DNA of 45,869 nt from an uncultured candidatus Brocadiaceae bacterium (GTDB taxonomy: Bacteria > Planctomycetota > Brocadiia > SM23-32), in NCBI GenBank assembly GCA_964644705.1, contig CAZXYF010000001.1, forward strand, positions 1 to 45,869. Direction: 5' to 3'. Positions 37,301 to 44,782 of the stretch are shown here, one piece after another. Each line of letters starts with the position of its first letter. The stretch's first letter is position 1. The position numbers were made by a program, and so were the translations under genes. A model generated the notes under the pieces. It saw only the letters and a program-made list of their open reading frames with translations. It was not told the origin of the DNA and ran no database searches.

Positions 37301-38098
37301 TCAGAAGGCCCAGGAAATCGTTATTCCCGCCCACAGGTTGTCGTCATCGGACATGTTGTCTCTGATGTCCTCGTCCAGCAAACTGGAGTAGTTGACGGCC
37401 GGGGTGAGAGAAACATTTTCGCCCAGAGAGACGGGAAACGAGAGACTCAGCAGCGCATCGGTGAGCGCGCCGGAATCCTCACCATAGTAGTAGTCGTTGT
37501 AGTGGGAAGTCCCGTAGGCCACGGAACCATCCACTGCCGCGGATACGCTGACCCCCCTGGCGGGTGTCCAAATGTCCTCCAGAGAGTGTCCCGCTGAGAG
37601 GGAGATGTAGGAGCCATCCGCCTCATCGACATCCTGATAAACCGTGATGCCAGGGGACAGGGGCAGGTCCAGAGTGGCCCCGGCGTAGAGTTCAGTGGTC
37701 GATGGAGCGCTGCTGTGGGGGAATGTGTAGTAAATGGCGCCGACGCTGAGATCCACAGTATCCCACGTCCAGGAGTAGTCCAGAGTTAGATCATATTCGG
37801 TGAAATCGCCGGATTGTCCGTTGGCGTCGTCCAGGTCCATGTTGCCCCAGACGTTGAATGAAAGCCCGTCGTATCCTATTGTGGCGGACGGCTGAAACAC
37901 GTCCCCATCCACGGTGTTGATCCCGCGCCAGACGTATTTGCCGTTGTAGGTCAGATCGAGCTCAAACCAGAGCTCCGGCGTTTCGGGTTCCGGGACTGGC
38001 TCATTTCCTGCAGATTCCGCTGCGTGCAGGATTCCTGCGGTTACTGCTGTCAGCATTACACAGACTACTACCCACCTGATCGACTTCCTCCAAAACAT
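37301..38098 (-). CDS. outer-membrane beta-barrel protein (TorF/Gcw_chp-like putative porin)
   Basis: Signal peptide. YNGKYVWRGINTVDGDVFQPS resembles the TorF-family N-terminal motif. Alternating beta-strand pattern with C-terminal ...ITISWAF. AGGAGG precedes the ATG. Confidence 0.8.
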   Translation of the reverse strand: MFWRKSIRWVVVCVMLTAVTAGILHAAESAGNEPVPEPETPELWFELDLTYNGKYVWRGINTVDGDVFQPSATIGYDGLSFNVWGNMDLDDANGQSGDFTEYDLTLDYSWTWDTVDLSVGAIYYTFPHSSAPSTTELYAGATLDLPLSPGITVYQDVDEADGSYISLSAGHSLEDIWTPARGVSVSAAVDGSVAYGTSHYNDYYYGEDSGALTDALLSLSFPVSLGENVSLTPAVNYSSLLDEDIRDNMSDDDNLWAGITISWAF

Positions 38099-38169
38099 CT
38101 TCCTTCCTCCTTTTCGGGAGAGACTTAAACCGAGCCGGGCGAACCATTCGTCCGGTCACCCTCTGTATG

Positions 38170-38185
38170 TGCATATGGCGTGCCA
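38170..38185 (-). promoter_or_regulatory. sigma54 (-24/-12) promoter of the porin-amtB-glnK operon
   Basis: The minus strand reads TGGCACG-CCAT-ATGCA. The GG and GC are correctly spaced. It lies about 60-85 nt upstream of the ATG at 38098. Confidence 0.75.
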
Positions 38186-38285
38186 TGAGGCGCCCGAAAA
38201 GCAATAAATGCCTCTAAGTGCCTTCTGGGAAAGGGCATACAATGTGATGGTGGGTGGAGGGCAGAGCTGCAGTGGTATCGGGAAT

Positions 38286-38330
38286 CCTACATTATTGTGG
38301 TTCGCATTCTGGCACCTACATTTTTGTAGG
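38286..38330. promoter_or_regulatory. two related palindromic boxes (candidate enhancer sites for the amtB-operon sigma54 promoter)
   Basis: CCTACATTATTGTGG at 38286-38300 and CCTACATTTTTGTAGG at 38315-38330. The shared core is an ACA-N4-TGT dyad. The boxes are 29 nt apart and lie roughly 100-145 bp upstream of the -24/-12 element. They are not NtrC-like. Confidence 0.4.
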
Positions 38331-38388
38331 ATCCAAAGCGGTTTTGTGTAAGTTTTCCATGTCGGATCTTGCTGTATCGTATAGTGAG

Positions 38389-38563
38389 AATCCCCCGCGC
38401 TTGCCACGGGGATCCTTAGGTTTCAACCTACCAACCCAGGATGAAAACCCAATAAATCCCCCGCGCTTGTCGCGGGGATCCTTAGGTTTCAACCTACACA
38501 GAAGGCCGAACAATCAAGTAAATCCGCCGGGCTTGCTTCGGCGGTTGTTAGGTTTTTTGCTCT
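38389..38563. repeat. three tandem 43-nt hairpin-containing units at exact 66-nt period (candidate modular ncRNA; strand unresolved)
   Basis: Units start at 38389, 38455 and 38521. Units 1 and 2 match at 41 of 43 positions (AATCCCCCGCGCTTGYCRCGGGGATCCTTAGGTTTCAACCTAC). Unit 3 matches unit 2 at 28 of 43 positions, yet keeps the hairpin through paired changes, keeps the CTTGY loop and keeps TTAGGTTT. It ends in a T6 run. The spacers are 23 nt and unrelated to each other. Confidence 0.8.
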
Positions 38564-38681
38564 TCTGACTCCCAAAAACGTTAGAACATTTTTGCAAGAG
38601 CGTTTAGTTTGGGAGGGGCGGGCGTCATGGGGTAGGGAGGAGACAGTATGATGTTATGATGGCATCTTGAAGATTCGGATC

Positions 38682-38718
38682 AAAAAAAAAGACACTCCTG
38701 CGGGGTAACAGGAGTGTC
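38682..38718 (-). terminator. rho-independent terminator of the sensor kinase gene
   Basis: The minus strand reads GACACTCCTG-TTACCCCG-CAGGAGTGTC followed by T9. It starts 32 nt after the stop at 38750. Confidence 0.85.
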
Positions 38719-38749
38719 CGATCAGTGATGATTGGCAGCGTGTCTTATT

Positions 38750-40774
38750 TTACGACGTGTCTGGTGACGCTCTACCCGGCTGGCTGTTTTCCACCGGCAG
38801 GGTGACAATAAATGTTGTCCCTTTACCCGGTGTGCTCTCGGCGGTTATTTCACCGTTATGTCTGTTCACAATTTTCTGGCACAGGGCCAGACCGATGCCC
38901 GTACCTTTGTACTCCCCCCGTGGGTAGAGGCGCTGGAAAATTGTGAAGATACGATCCAGGTATTGTTCATCGAAGCCAATGCCGTTGTCGCTCACCGTGA
39001 GACGACAGAAGGTTCGCTCATCTTGCATTTCTTCTGTAGCGTCAATTTCAACGACAGGGGGGACACCTTCTCTGTGAAACTTCAGTGCGTTCGAGATCAG
39101 GTTCTGCAGAAGTTGTCTCATCTGCGTGGCGTCGGCCTCGATCTCCGGCAGCCCACCGATTTCTACCGTTCCGTCAACATCTTCGATTTGCATTTCCAGA
39201 TCGGACACCACTTCCCGGGCGACGGATTCGAGGTCGGTTTCTTCAAACTCTTTTCCGCGGGTGGTAATGCGCGAGAGGGTAAGGAGGTCATTGATGAGCT
39301 GTTTCATCCGCGCTGCGGCATCAGTTATGCGTTCAAGGTATTCTCGCTCCCGTCCTTCAAATTTATCCAGGCACTTCTCTTCTATTCGCTCACCGAATGC
39401 CATAATCTTACGGACGGGCTCCTGGAGGTCGTGGGAGGCCACGTAGGCGAAATGCTCAAGTTCCTGGTTTGACTGTTCGAGTTCGCTCAAGGTTTCCTTG
39501 AGCTGTTTTTCAGTGCGTTTGCGGCGTTCAATCTCCCGATCCAATTCGTCTCGCGACGCGGTCACATTCTGGAGATTTCGCGCCATTTCCTGGACATCCC
39601 GGGATAGGGCGCCGATTTCGTCACCACTGTCTGTGGCAATCTGACAGGTGAAATCGCCCGCTCCAACTCGTTCAACACATCGACGCAACCGGCTCACACG
39701 TCGTCCAAGTGAGCGGGCCATCAACATGCCTATGCCCAGCCCGACGACGACAAAACCGCCGAATATCATCCATATTTTCTGAACCAGCTGATCAACAGGA
39801 GCATAGATCACATCCGTAGATTGTTGAAGCAAAAGAACCCACCCCATACCGGGAAAATTCCGGTATCCTTCCGAAACCGCGTGCGTGCACAGCAGGTTTT
39901 CCCCGGTCTTCGATTCAATGGTGTAAGCGCCGTTTGAAGCAATATTATCGGGAGAAGCAGGAAGCAGACGGGAAGGGGGACGCCGCCCGGTCGTTATTTT
40001 GCTCTTCCTGGAACTGTAAATCACCCTGTTGTTGCTACTGAGCAGATACAGATTGCCCAGATCTTTTTCCTTTTCCCGGGCTTTCTGGTCCAGCTCGCTT
40101 ATAACTCGAACAACTTCTTTCAAACTGACCACGGCCTTGGTTACTCCCATGAACTTCCCGGTTTCCGGGTCGAGTACGCTGACAGCAACCGTGACGCTGT
40201 CCATGTTCGCGCTTCGATCAAATTCGACAGAACTGACATAAACACCGTTCTCACGGGTGCGCTGCCACCACTGTTCGTCGGCCTGGGCAAAATCTGAAGG
40301 TCTTCCAGAAGCCCCCACAAGGGCCCCGAATTTATTGGTGATAAAAATTTCTCCCAGCACGGGATAATCATACTCCCGATTCAAATGCGCGCTGAATTGC
40401 TGAAGCTTCATGCTAATGTCCGATGAAAGCACTTCTTTGACCGGCCGCGGTTGGGGGGGCTCAGTTCGGTCAATCCACAACTTATCCTGTTGTTGGATAT
40501 AGTTCGCACTGTCATCCATTCTGGAATACCGATTATTCGATGCCTCGAGTGCCTTGCGAACCGATTTCATCCCGCTCAAAAGGCGAAATTGTTCCATGCG
40601 GCCGTGGAGATGACGGTCCAGCTTGTTCATCACCTCGCCCACCAGCAACATGTTGGTGGATCTGACGCTACGCCTCATGGCTCGCCGACTTTCATCCGCT
40701 GCGAAGTAGGCCAGCACCAGTATGGTACAGGCCACAACAAAAACGGCCAGGGCTAATTTCGTAAAAATTTTCAC
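38750..40774 (-). CDS. sensor histidine kinase (large extracytoplasmic domain, HAMP, coiled coil, HisKA, HATPase_c)
   Basis: GTG start. Two TM segments flank a ~300-aa external domain. H-box FAYVASHDLQEPVRKI. ATPase boxes NLISNALKF, DNGIGF and GTGIGLALC. No adjacent response regulator. Confidence 0.92.
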   Translation of the reverse strand: MKIFTKLALAVFVVACTILVLAYFAADESRRAMRRSVRSTNMLLVGEVMNKLDRHLHGRMEQFRLLSGMKSVRKALEASNNRYSRMDDSANYIQQQDKLWIDRTEPPQPRPVKEVLSSDISMKLQQFSAHLNREYDYPVLGEIFITNKFGALVGASGRPSDFAQADEQWWQRTRENGVYVSSVEFDRSANMDSVTVAVSVLDPETGKFMGVTKAVVSLKEVVRVISELDQKAREKEKDLGNLYLLSSNNRVIYSSRKSKITTGRRPPSRLLPASPDNIASNGAYTIESKTGENLLCTHAVSEGYRNFPGMGWVLLLQQSTDVIYAPVDQLVQKIWMIFGGFVVVGLGIGMLMARSLGRRVSRLRRCVERVGAGDFTCQIATDSGDEIGALSRDVQEMARNLQNVTASRDELDREIERRKRTEKQLKETLSELEQSNQELEHFAYVASHDLQEPVRKIMAFGERIEEKCLDKFEGREREYLERITDAAARMKQLINDLLTLSRITTRGKEFEETDLESVAREVVSDLEMQIEDVDGTVEIGGLPEIEADATQMRQLLQNLISNALKFHREGVPPVVEIDATEEMQDERTFCRLTVSDNGIGFDEQYLDRIFTIFQRLYPRGEYKGTGIGLALCQKIVNRHNGEITAESTPGKGTTFIVTLPVENSQPGRASPDTS

Positions 40775-40871
40775 TTCTTGACCCTCTGCAGTGAACCGAG
40801 ACTCAACCGTGCAAGCGTAATAGAACTATACCGGCCAACCATCCCGCGCGCAAAACCAAAAAACGGCTAAT

Positions 40872-40904
40872 ATATGTTGACATATCATGAGTTGGCGATA
40901 TAAT
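40872..40904 (+). promoter_or_regulatory. consensus sigma70 promoter (TTGACA-N16-TATAAT) with overlapping 6-2-6 palindrome (candidate ArsR-family operator)
   Basis: TTGACA at 40877-40882 and TATAAT at 40899-40904. The palindrome ATATGT-TG-ACATAT at 40872-40885 spans the -35 hexamer. Confidence 0.6.
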
Positions 40905-40944
40905 GGACCTTGTGCATTGCTCACATAGGCCAGGAGGATGAAAG

Positions 40945-41277
40945 ATGAGTTGTGACCTGTCGTTGATTCCGATGGATGAACTCGAAAAAGCCGCTGACTG
41001 CCTCAGGGTGATGGGGCATCCGATGCGGTTGCGCATAGTCAATATTCTGACGCAGGGCGAGTTTCCGGTAGGGGAGATCGCCGAGATCTGCGAGCTCCGC
41101 CCGAATCATGCCTGCGAGCATCTGCGATTACTGCAGGGGCGCGGATTGCTCGACAGCGAGCGTCGTGGGCGCGAGGTTTACTACAGCATTGCTGACCCAC
41201 GATTGGCGTCGTTGATCGAGTGCGTGCAGAAAAGTTGCGGGCTGTGTGACGACGAAGAGGCCCCGGTAAGTGAATAA
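40945..41277 (+). CDS. ArsR/SmtB-family transcriptional regulator
   Basis: AGGAGG precedes the ATG. Winged-helix core HPMRLRIVNILTQGEFPVGEIAEICELRPNHACEHLRLLQGRGLL. C-terminal Cys cluster CVQKSCGLC. Confidence 0.88.
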   Translation: MSCDLSLIPMDELEKAADCLRVMGHPMRLRIVNILTQGEFPVGEIAEICELRPNHACEHLRLLQGRGLLDSERRGREVYYSIADPRLASLIECVQKSCGLCDDEEAPVSE

Positions 41278-41323
41278 GTTGTTGAGATAAAGATATAAAA
41301 CCGATTACTGTCAGGAGGCAATT

Positions 41324-41839
41324 ATGGGAGAAGAAATGAGCGAGGAGTCGTCCGTGCAGACAAAAAAGAGTCTTATGTCCGCGCTTGGTGGATTCATCGC
41401 GGGAATGGTGGTAACTGCCGTTCTCGTGGTGACGTTTATGCCGAGTATGATGATTATAAAACACCGGAGCAAATACGATGTTGAGAAAACCGTGCAGGAG
41501 CTGACAGCAGCCATAGAGGAACAGGGATGGGTTCATTCGGGAACAAAAAACATGAATAAAGGCCTGGCCAAGCAGGGGAAGACGTTAAAACCGCTCGTTC
41601 GCCTCGTAGCGCTCTGCCACCCCGAGTACGCCAAAAGTGTTCTGTCCACTGATCGGTACGTCTCCTGCCTGATGCCGTGCAAAATAGCGGTTTACGAAGG
41701 AGATGATGGGCAAGTGTACATATCGAAAATGAACACGGGCCTTATGGGCAAGCTTTTTGGCGGCAATATTGCGCGCGTCATGGGCGGATCCGTCGCGCAA
41801 GATGAACATGAAATTCTCAAAAGCGTTATCAAACCATAG
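41324..41839 (+). CDS. DUF302 domain protein with N-terminal TM anchor
   Basis: GGAGG lies 5 nt upstream of the ATG. One TM segment (GGFIAGMVVTAVLVVTF). The core RLVALCHPEYAKSVL...CLMPCKIAVYEGDDGQVYISKMN is typical of DUF302. Confidence 0.78.
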   Translation: MGEEMSEESSVQTKKSLMSALGGFIAGMVVTAVLVVTFMPSMMIIKHRSKYDVEKTVQELTAAIEEQGWVHSGTKNMNKGLAKQGKTLKPLVRLVALCHPEYAKSVLSTDRYVSCLMPCKIAVYEGDDGQVYISKMNTGLMGKLFGGNIARVMGGSVAQDEHEILKSVIKP

Positions 41840-41890
41840 TTTCGAGATGGACATATGATTTTTCCAGACCTGTAAATATGGAGGTTGTCG

Positions 41891-44782
41891 ATGGACCTGG
41901 GCAAAAAAATGACAAACTTTTCGATTCATCGTCCCAAGGCGCTTATTGCTATAGTAGTGAGCGTTACTGTATTCCTTGCTCTATTGGGGGGATTGCCAAG
42001 CCTGTGGCCGGAGGTGTTCAAACCACTCCCGACCCTCAAAGTCGATACGGATCCGGAAAACATGCTCCCGGATGATGCCGAAGTGCGGCTGTTTGATCAT
42101 CGCATGAAAAAGAAGATGGATTTGCACGATATGATCGTTGTCGGGGTGGTGAATAGCCAGCATCCAAATGGGGTTTATAATCCGGAGACTTTGCGTAAGG
42201 TGTATGAACTGACGGAATACGCCAAGACCCTGCGGTGGAAAAAAGAAGGATCCACGCGTAAAGAGGGAGTTATCCGGCAGGACATGATTGCTCCGTCGAC
42301 GGTGGATAATGTGGAATCAGGGGGAGGGGGCGTGGTCCGTTTTGAATGGTTGATGCCGCAACCACCTCAAACTGAGCAAGAAGCGCTGGATGTATGGCGC
42401 AAAGCCCGGAAAATTCCGTTTTTAAACGGCACGGTCGTTCCAGCGGATAAAGAAGCCGTCGCTATATACCTTCCGATCACGTCAAAGGATCTGAGCGCGC
42501 ACATATACGACAAACTTCAGGCGAAAATCGCTGAGTTTGATGGGGCGGAGGAGTTCCATATCACGGGGTTGCCCGTCGCGGAAGACGTTTTTGGCGTCCA
42601 GATGTTCAAACAAATGGCCATTTCCGCGCCGCTTGCTATGCTGATCATCTTCGTTCTCATGTGGATCTTTTTCCATAAACCGACCCTTGTGTTTTCGGCC
42701 ATTCTGGGGGCCATGATATCGACAATATGTACGATGGGGTTGCTTGTGGCCACTGGGAATACGGTGCACATCATGAGTTCCATGATACCCATCTTCATCG
42801 TGCCTATCGCCGTTCTCGATGACGTGCATGTATTGAGCGAATTCTTTGACAGATATCAGCGCACACAGGATCGCGTGCAAACGCTCAAGGACGTTATGGG
42901 TGAGCTGTTCGTGCCCATGCTTTACACTTCGCTAACTACAGCCGTGGGGTTCGCATCGTTAGCACTGGCGCCGATTCCTCCCGTCCAGGTGTTTGGTTTG
43001 TTCGTTGCGTTTGGTGTCATGGTGGCGTGGCTCAAATCGGTGATGTTCGTTCCTGCGTTCATTATGCTGTTGCCCGCCAGCGTTCTGGAAGGATATGGGG
43101 CTCAACACGATGAAGACAACGAACATTCGACCACATTTTTGGGACGACTCCTTCAGAAAACGGGACAATTTACGTATCGATATGGAAAAGTAATTCTCGT
43201 GGTAATGGTTGTTGCGATCGGCATATCCATTTACGGAATTCAACTTATTCAGGTGAATGATAACCCGATAAAATGGTTCGACGAGTCGCATCCTATCCGT
43301 GTGGCGGACAGGGTGATGAATGAGCATCTGGCGGGCACTTACATGGCCTACCTTGCTCTGCGGCCCCCGGAGGAAGTGGGAGAGTCCGAGTCGGAGGAAC
43401 AGGAATCAACATCTGCGTCGAAAACAACCCCGCCCGGACGGGAAACGAATGAATCTGAGGGGGGCGAGCCCAGCTTGCCCGCCGGCATAGGCGGGATGGA
43501 AGAGGGCAAGGACAGTGGGCCCCGGCTTCCATCGGGCCTGGGCGGCACTCCGGCTGAGTCTGAAGGCGAGTCAGCTGAAGAGCCCGAAACGCCTCCAGAA
43601 GAAGATCGCCCTGCTATTTTCAAAAAGCCGGAAGTTTTGCGCTGGATTGGACGGCTGCAAACCCATTTGAATGAAAACCCAGACATTAAAGTGGGTAAGA
43701 GCAACTCTTTGGGAGATATTGTAAAAACGGTTCACCGCGAACTCATGGTGGGCACCGAACGCGACGGACAAAAAATCACATCGGAGCAGGCGTTCCGGAT
43801 TCCCGATTCCGTGCCAGCTGTCGCCCAATGTCTGCTGCAGTATCAAAATAGCCATCGGCCGCAAGATCTGTGGCATTTTACCACTCCCGATTATCGTGAA
43901 GGAGTGATATGGCTGCAGCTGAGCAGTGGCGACAACAAGGATATGTTGAAAGTGGTCGAGGCAGTCGACAATTATGTCAAAAACAATCCGCCACCTGTGA
44001 AGTTGCAGCACGACTGGTTTGGGCTCACGTACATCAACGTGGTATGGCAACAGGAAATGGTAGTGGGTATGCTCAAAGCATTCCTGGGAAGTTTTCTGTG
44101 CGTGTTCCTCATGATGACGTTGCTGTATCGGTCGGCTTTATGGGGAGCCTTGAGCATGGTTCCATTGACGGTTACTGTTGGATTTATCTACGGTGTCGTT
44201 GGTTTGGTGGGGAAGGATTATGACATGCCTATTGCGGTTCTGAGCTCTCTGAGTTTGGGGCTTGCGGTTGACTATGCTATCCACTTTCTGACGCGAAGCC
44301 GTATGTTGTATATGAAAAAGAAGTCATGGGCGGAAACGGCAGGGCCGGTCTTTGGAGAGCCCGCTCGGGCAATCACCCGCAACGCGATCGTCGTAGCGGT
44401 TGGTTTTCTGCCGCTTCTGGCCGCACCGCTGGTTCCATATCAGACGGTTGGGATCTTCATTGCCGCTATACTGGCCGTAGCCGGTGTGGCCACTCTGTTG
44501 ATCCTCCCGGCATTGATTGCACCGCTGGAAAAGCGATTGTTCCCGCGTTCGAGGATGTGTTGTTTGGTATGTAATTGTGCCAGCTGCATAGCCTCGGCCG
44601 TTGCGGCCGTGGCACTCGTTGCGGTCAATGTCCAAGAGTTTTTGGAAGTGGGCTGGAATACGCTCACGTGGGTTAGTATACCAGTCGTTATACTGCTCGC
44701 GGGGGCGTGTGCCTGGATGTCACGGAGAGAAAAATGCACAACCGAAACATTTGTTCCTCAAGAGGAAGGAGAAGGAAAATGA
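41891..44782 (+). CDS. RND-superfamily MMPL-type transporter with acidic periplasmic insert and C-terminal Cys-rich extension
   Basis: ATG at 41891 lies 6 nt after GGAGG. Two 6-TM bundles, each preceded by a large soluble loop. Low-complexity E/S/G/P insert at about 43361-43620. CCLVCNCASC lies at 44558-44587, followed by extra TM segments. Confidence 0.85.
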   Translation: MDLGKKMTNFSIHRPKALIAIVVSVTVFLALLGGLPSLWPEVFKPLPTLKVDTDPENMLPDDAEVRLFDHRMKKKMDLHDMIVVGVVNSQHPNGVYNPETLRKVYELTEYAKTLRWKKEGSTRKEGVIRQDMIAPSTVDNVESGGGGVVRFEWLMPQPPQTEQEALDVWRKARKIPFLNGTVVPADKEAVAIYLPITSKDLSAHIYDKLQAKIAEFDGAEEFHITGLPVAEDVFGVQMFKQMAISAPLAMLIIFVLMWIFFHKPTLVFSAILGAMISTICTMGLLVATGNTVHIMSSMIPIFIVPIAVLDDVHVLSEFFDRYQRTQDRVQTLKDVMGELFVPMLYTSLTTAVGFASLALAPIPPVQVFGLFVAFGVMVAWLKSVMFVPAFIMLLPASVLEGYGAQHDEDNEHSTTFLGRLLQKTGQFTYRYGKVILVVMVVAIGISIYGIQLIQVNDNPIKWFDESHPIRVADRVMNEHLAGTYMAYLALRPPEEVGESESEEQESTSASKTTPPGRETNESEGGEPSLPAGIGGMEEGKDSGPRLPSGLGGTPAESEGESAEEPETPPEEDRPAIFKKPEVLRWIGRLQTHLNENPDIKVGKSNSLGDIVKTVHRELMVGTERDGQKITSEQAFRIPDSVPAVAQCLLQYQNSHRPQDLWHFTTPDYREGVIWLQLSSGDNKDMLKVVEAVDNYVKNNPPPVKLQHDWFGLTYINVVWQQEMVVGMLKAFLGSFLCVFLMMTLLYRSALWGALSMVPLTVTVGFIYGVVGLVGKDYDMPIAVLSSLSLGLAVDYAIHFLTRSRMLYMKKKSWAETAGPVFGEPARAITRNAIVVAVGFLPLLAAPLVPYQTVGIFIAAILAVAGVATLLILPALIAPLEKRLFPRSRMCCLVCNCASCIASAVAAVALVAVNVQEFLEVGWNTLTWVSIPVVILLAGACAWMSRREKCTTETFVPQEEGEGK

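Noticed and set aside
38310-38325. Plus-strand sigma54-like element TGGCAC-CTACA-TTTTT that could drive the repeat element
   Set aside because: The -24 half is perfect, but the -12 position has TTTT instead of the essential GC. The match overlaps the palindromic box 38315-38330, which better explains its conservation.
38389-38563. CRISPR array interpretation of the 66-nt-period repeats
   Set aside because: There are only two near-identical repeats plus one diverged copy. The repeat (43 nt) is much longer than the 23-nt spacers. No cas gene or leader-like AT-rich region exists anywhere in the 45-kb window. The diverged unit keeps base pairing through paired substitutions and ends in a T-run. 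This cannot be fully excluded without whole-genome cas and repeat searches.
38389-38563. Tandem glutamine (glnA-RNA) riboswitches or integron attC sites
   Set aside because: On the minus strand each unit contains GUAGG...CCUAAGGAUC, which is vaguely reminiscent of the glnA-RNA core. I could not build a consistent P1 or E-loop, and the element lies upstream of the sigma54 promoter rather than inside a 5' UTR. GTTAGGT in unit 3 resembles an attC core site, but there is no inverse core, no cassette ORF and no integrase.
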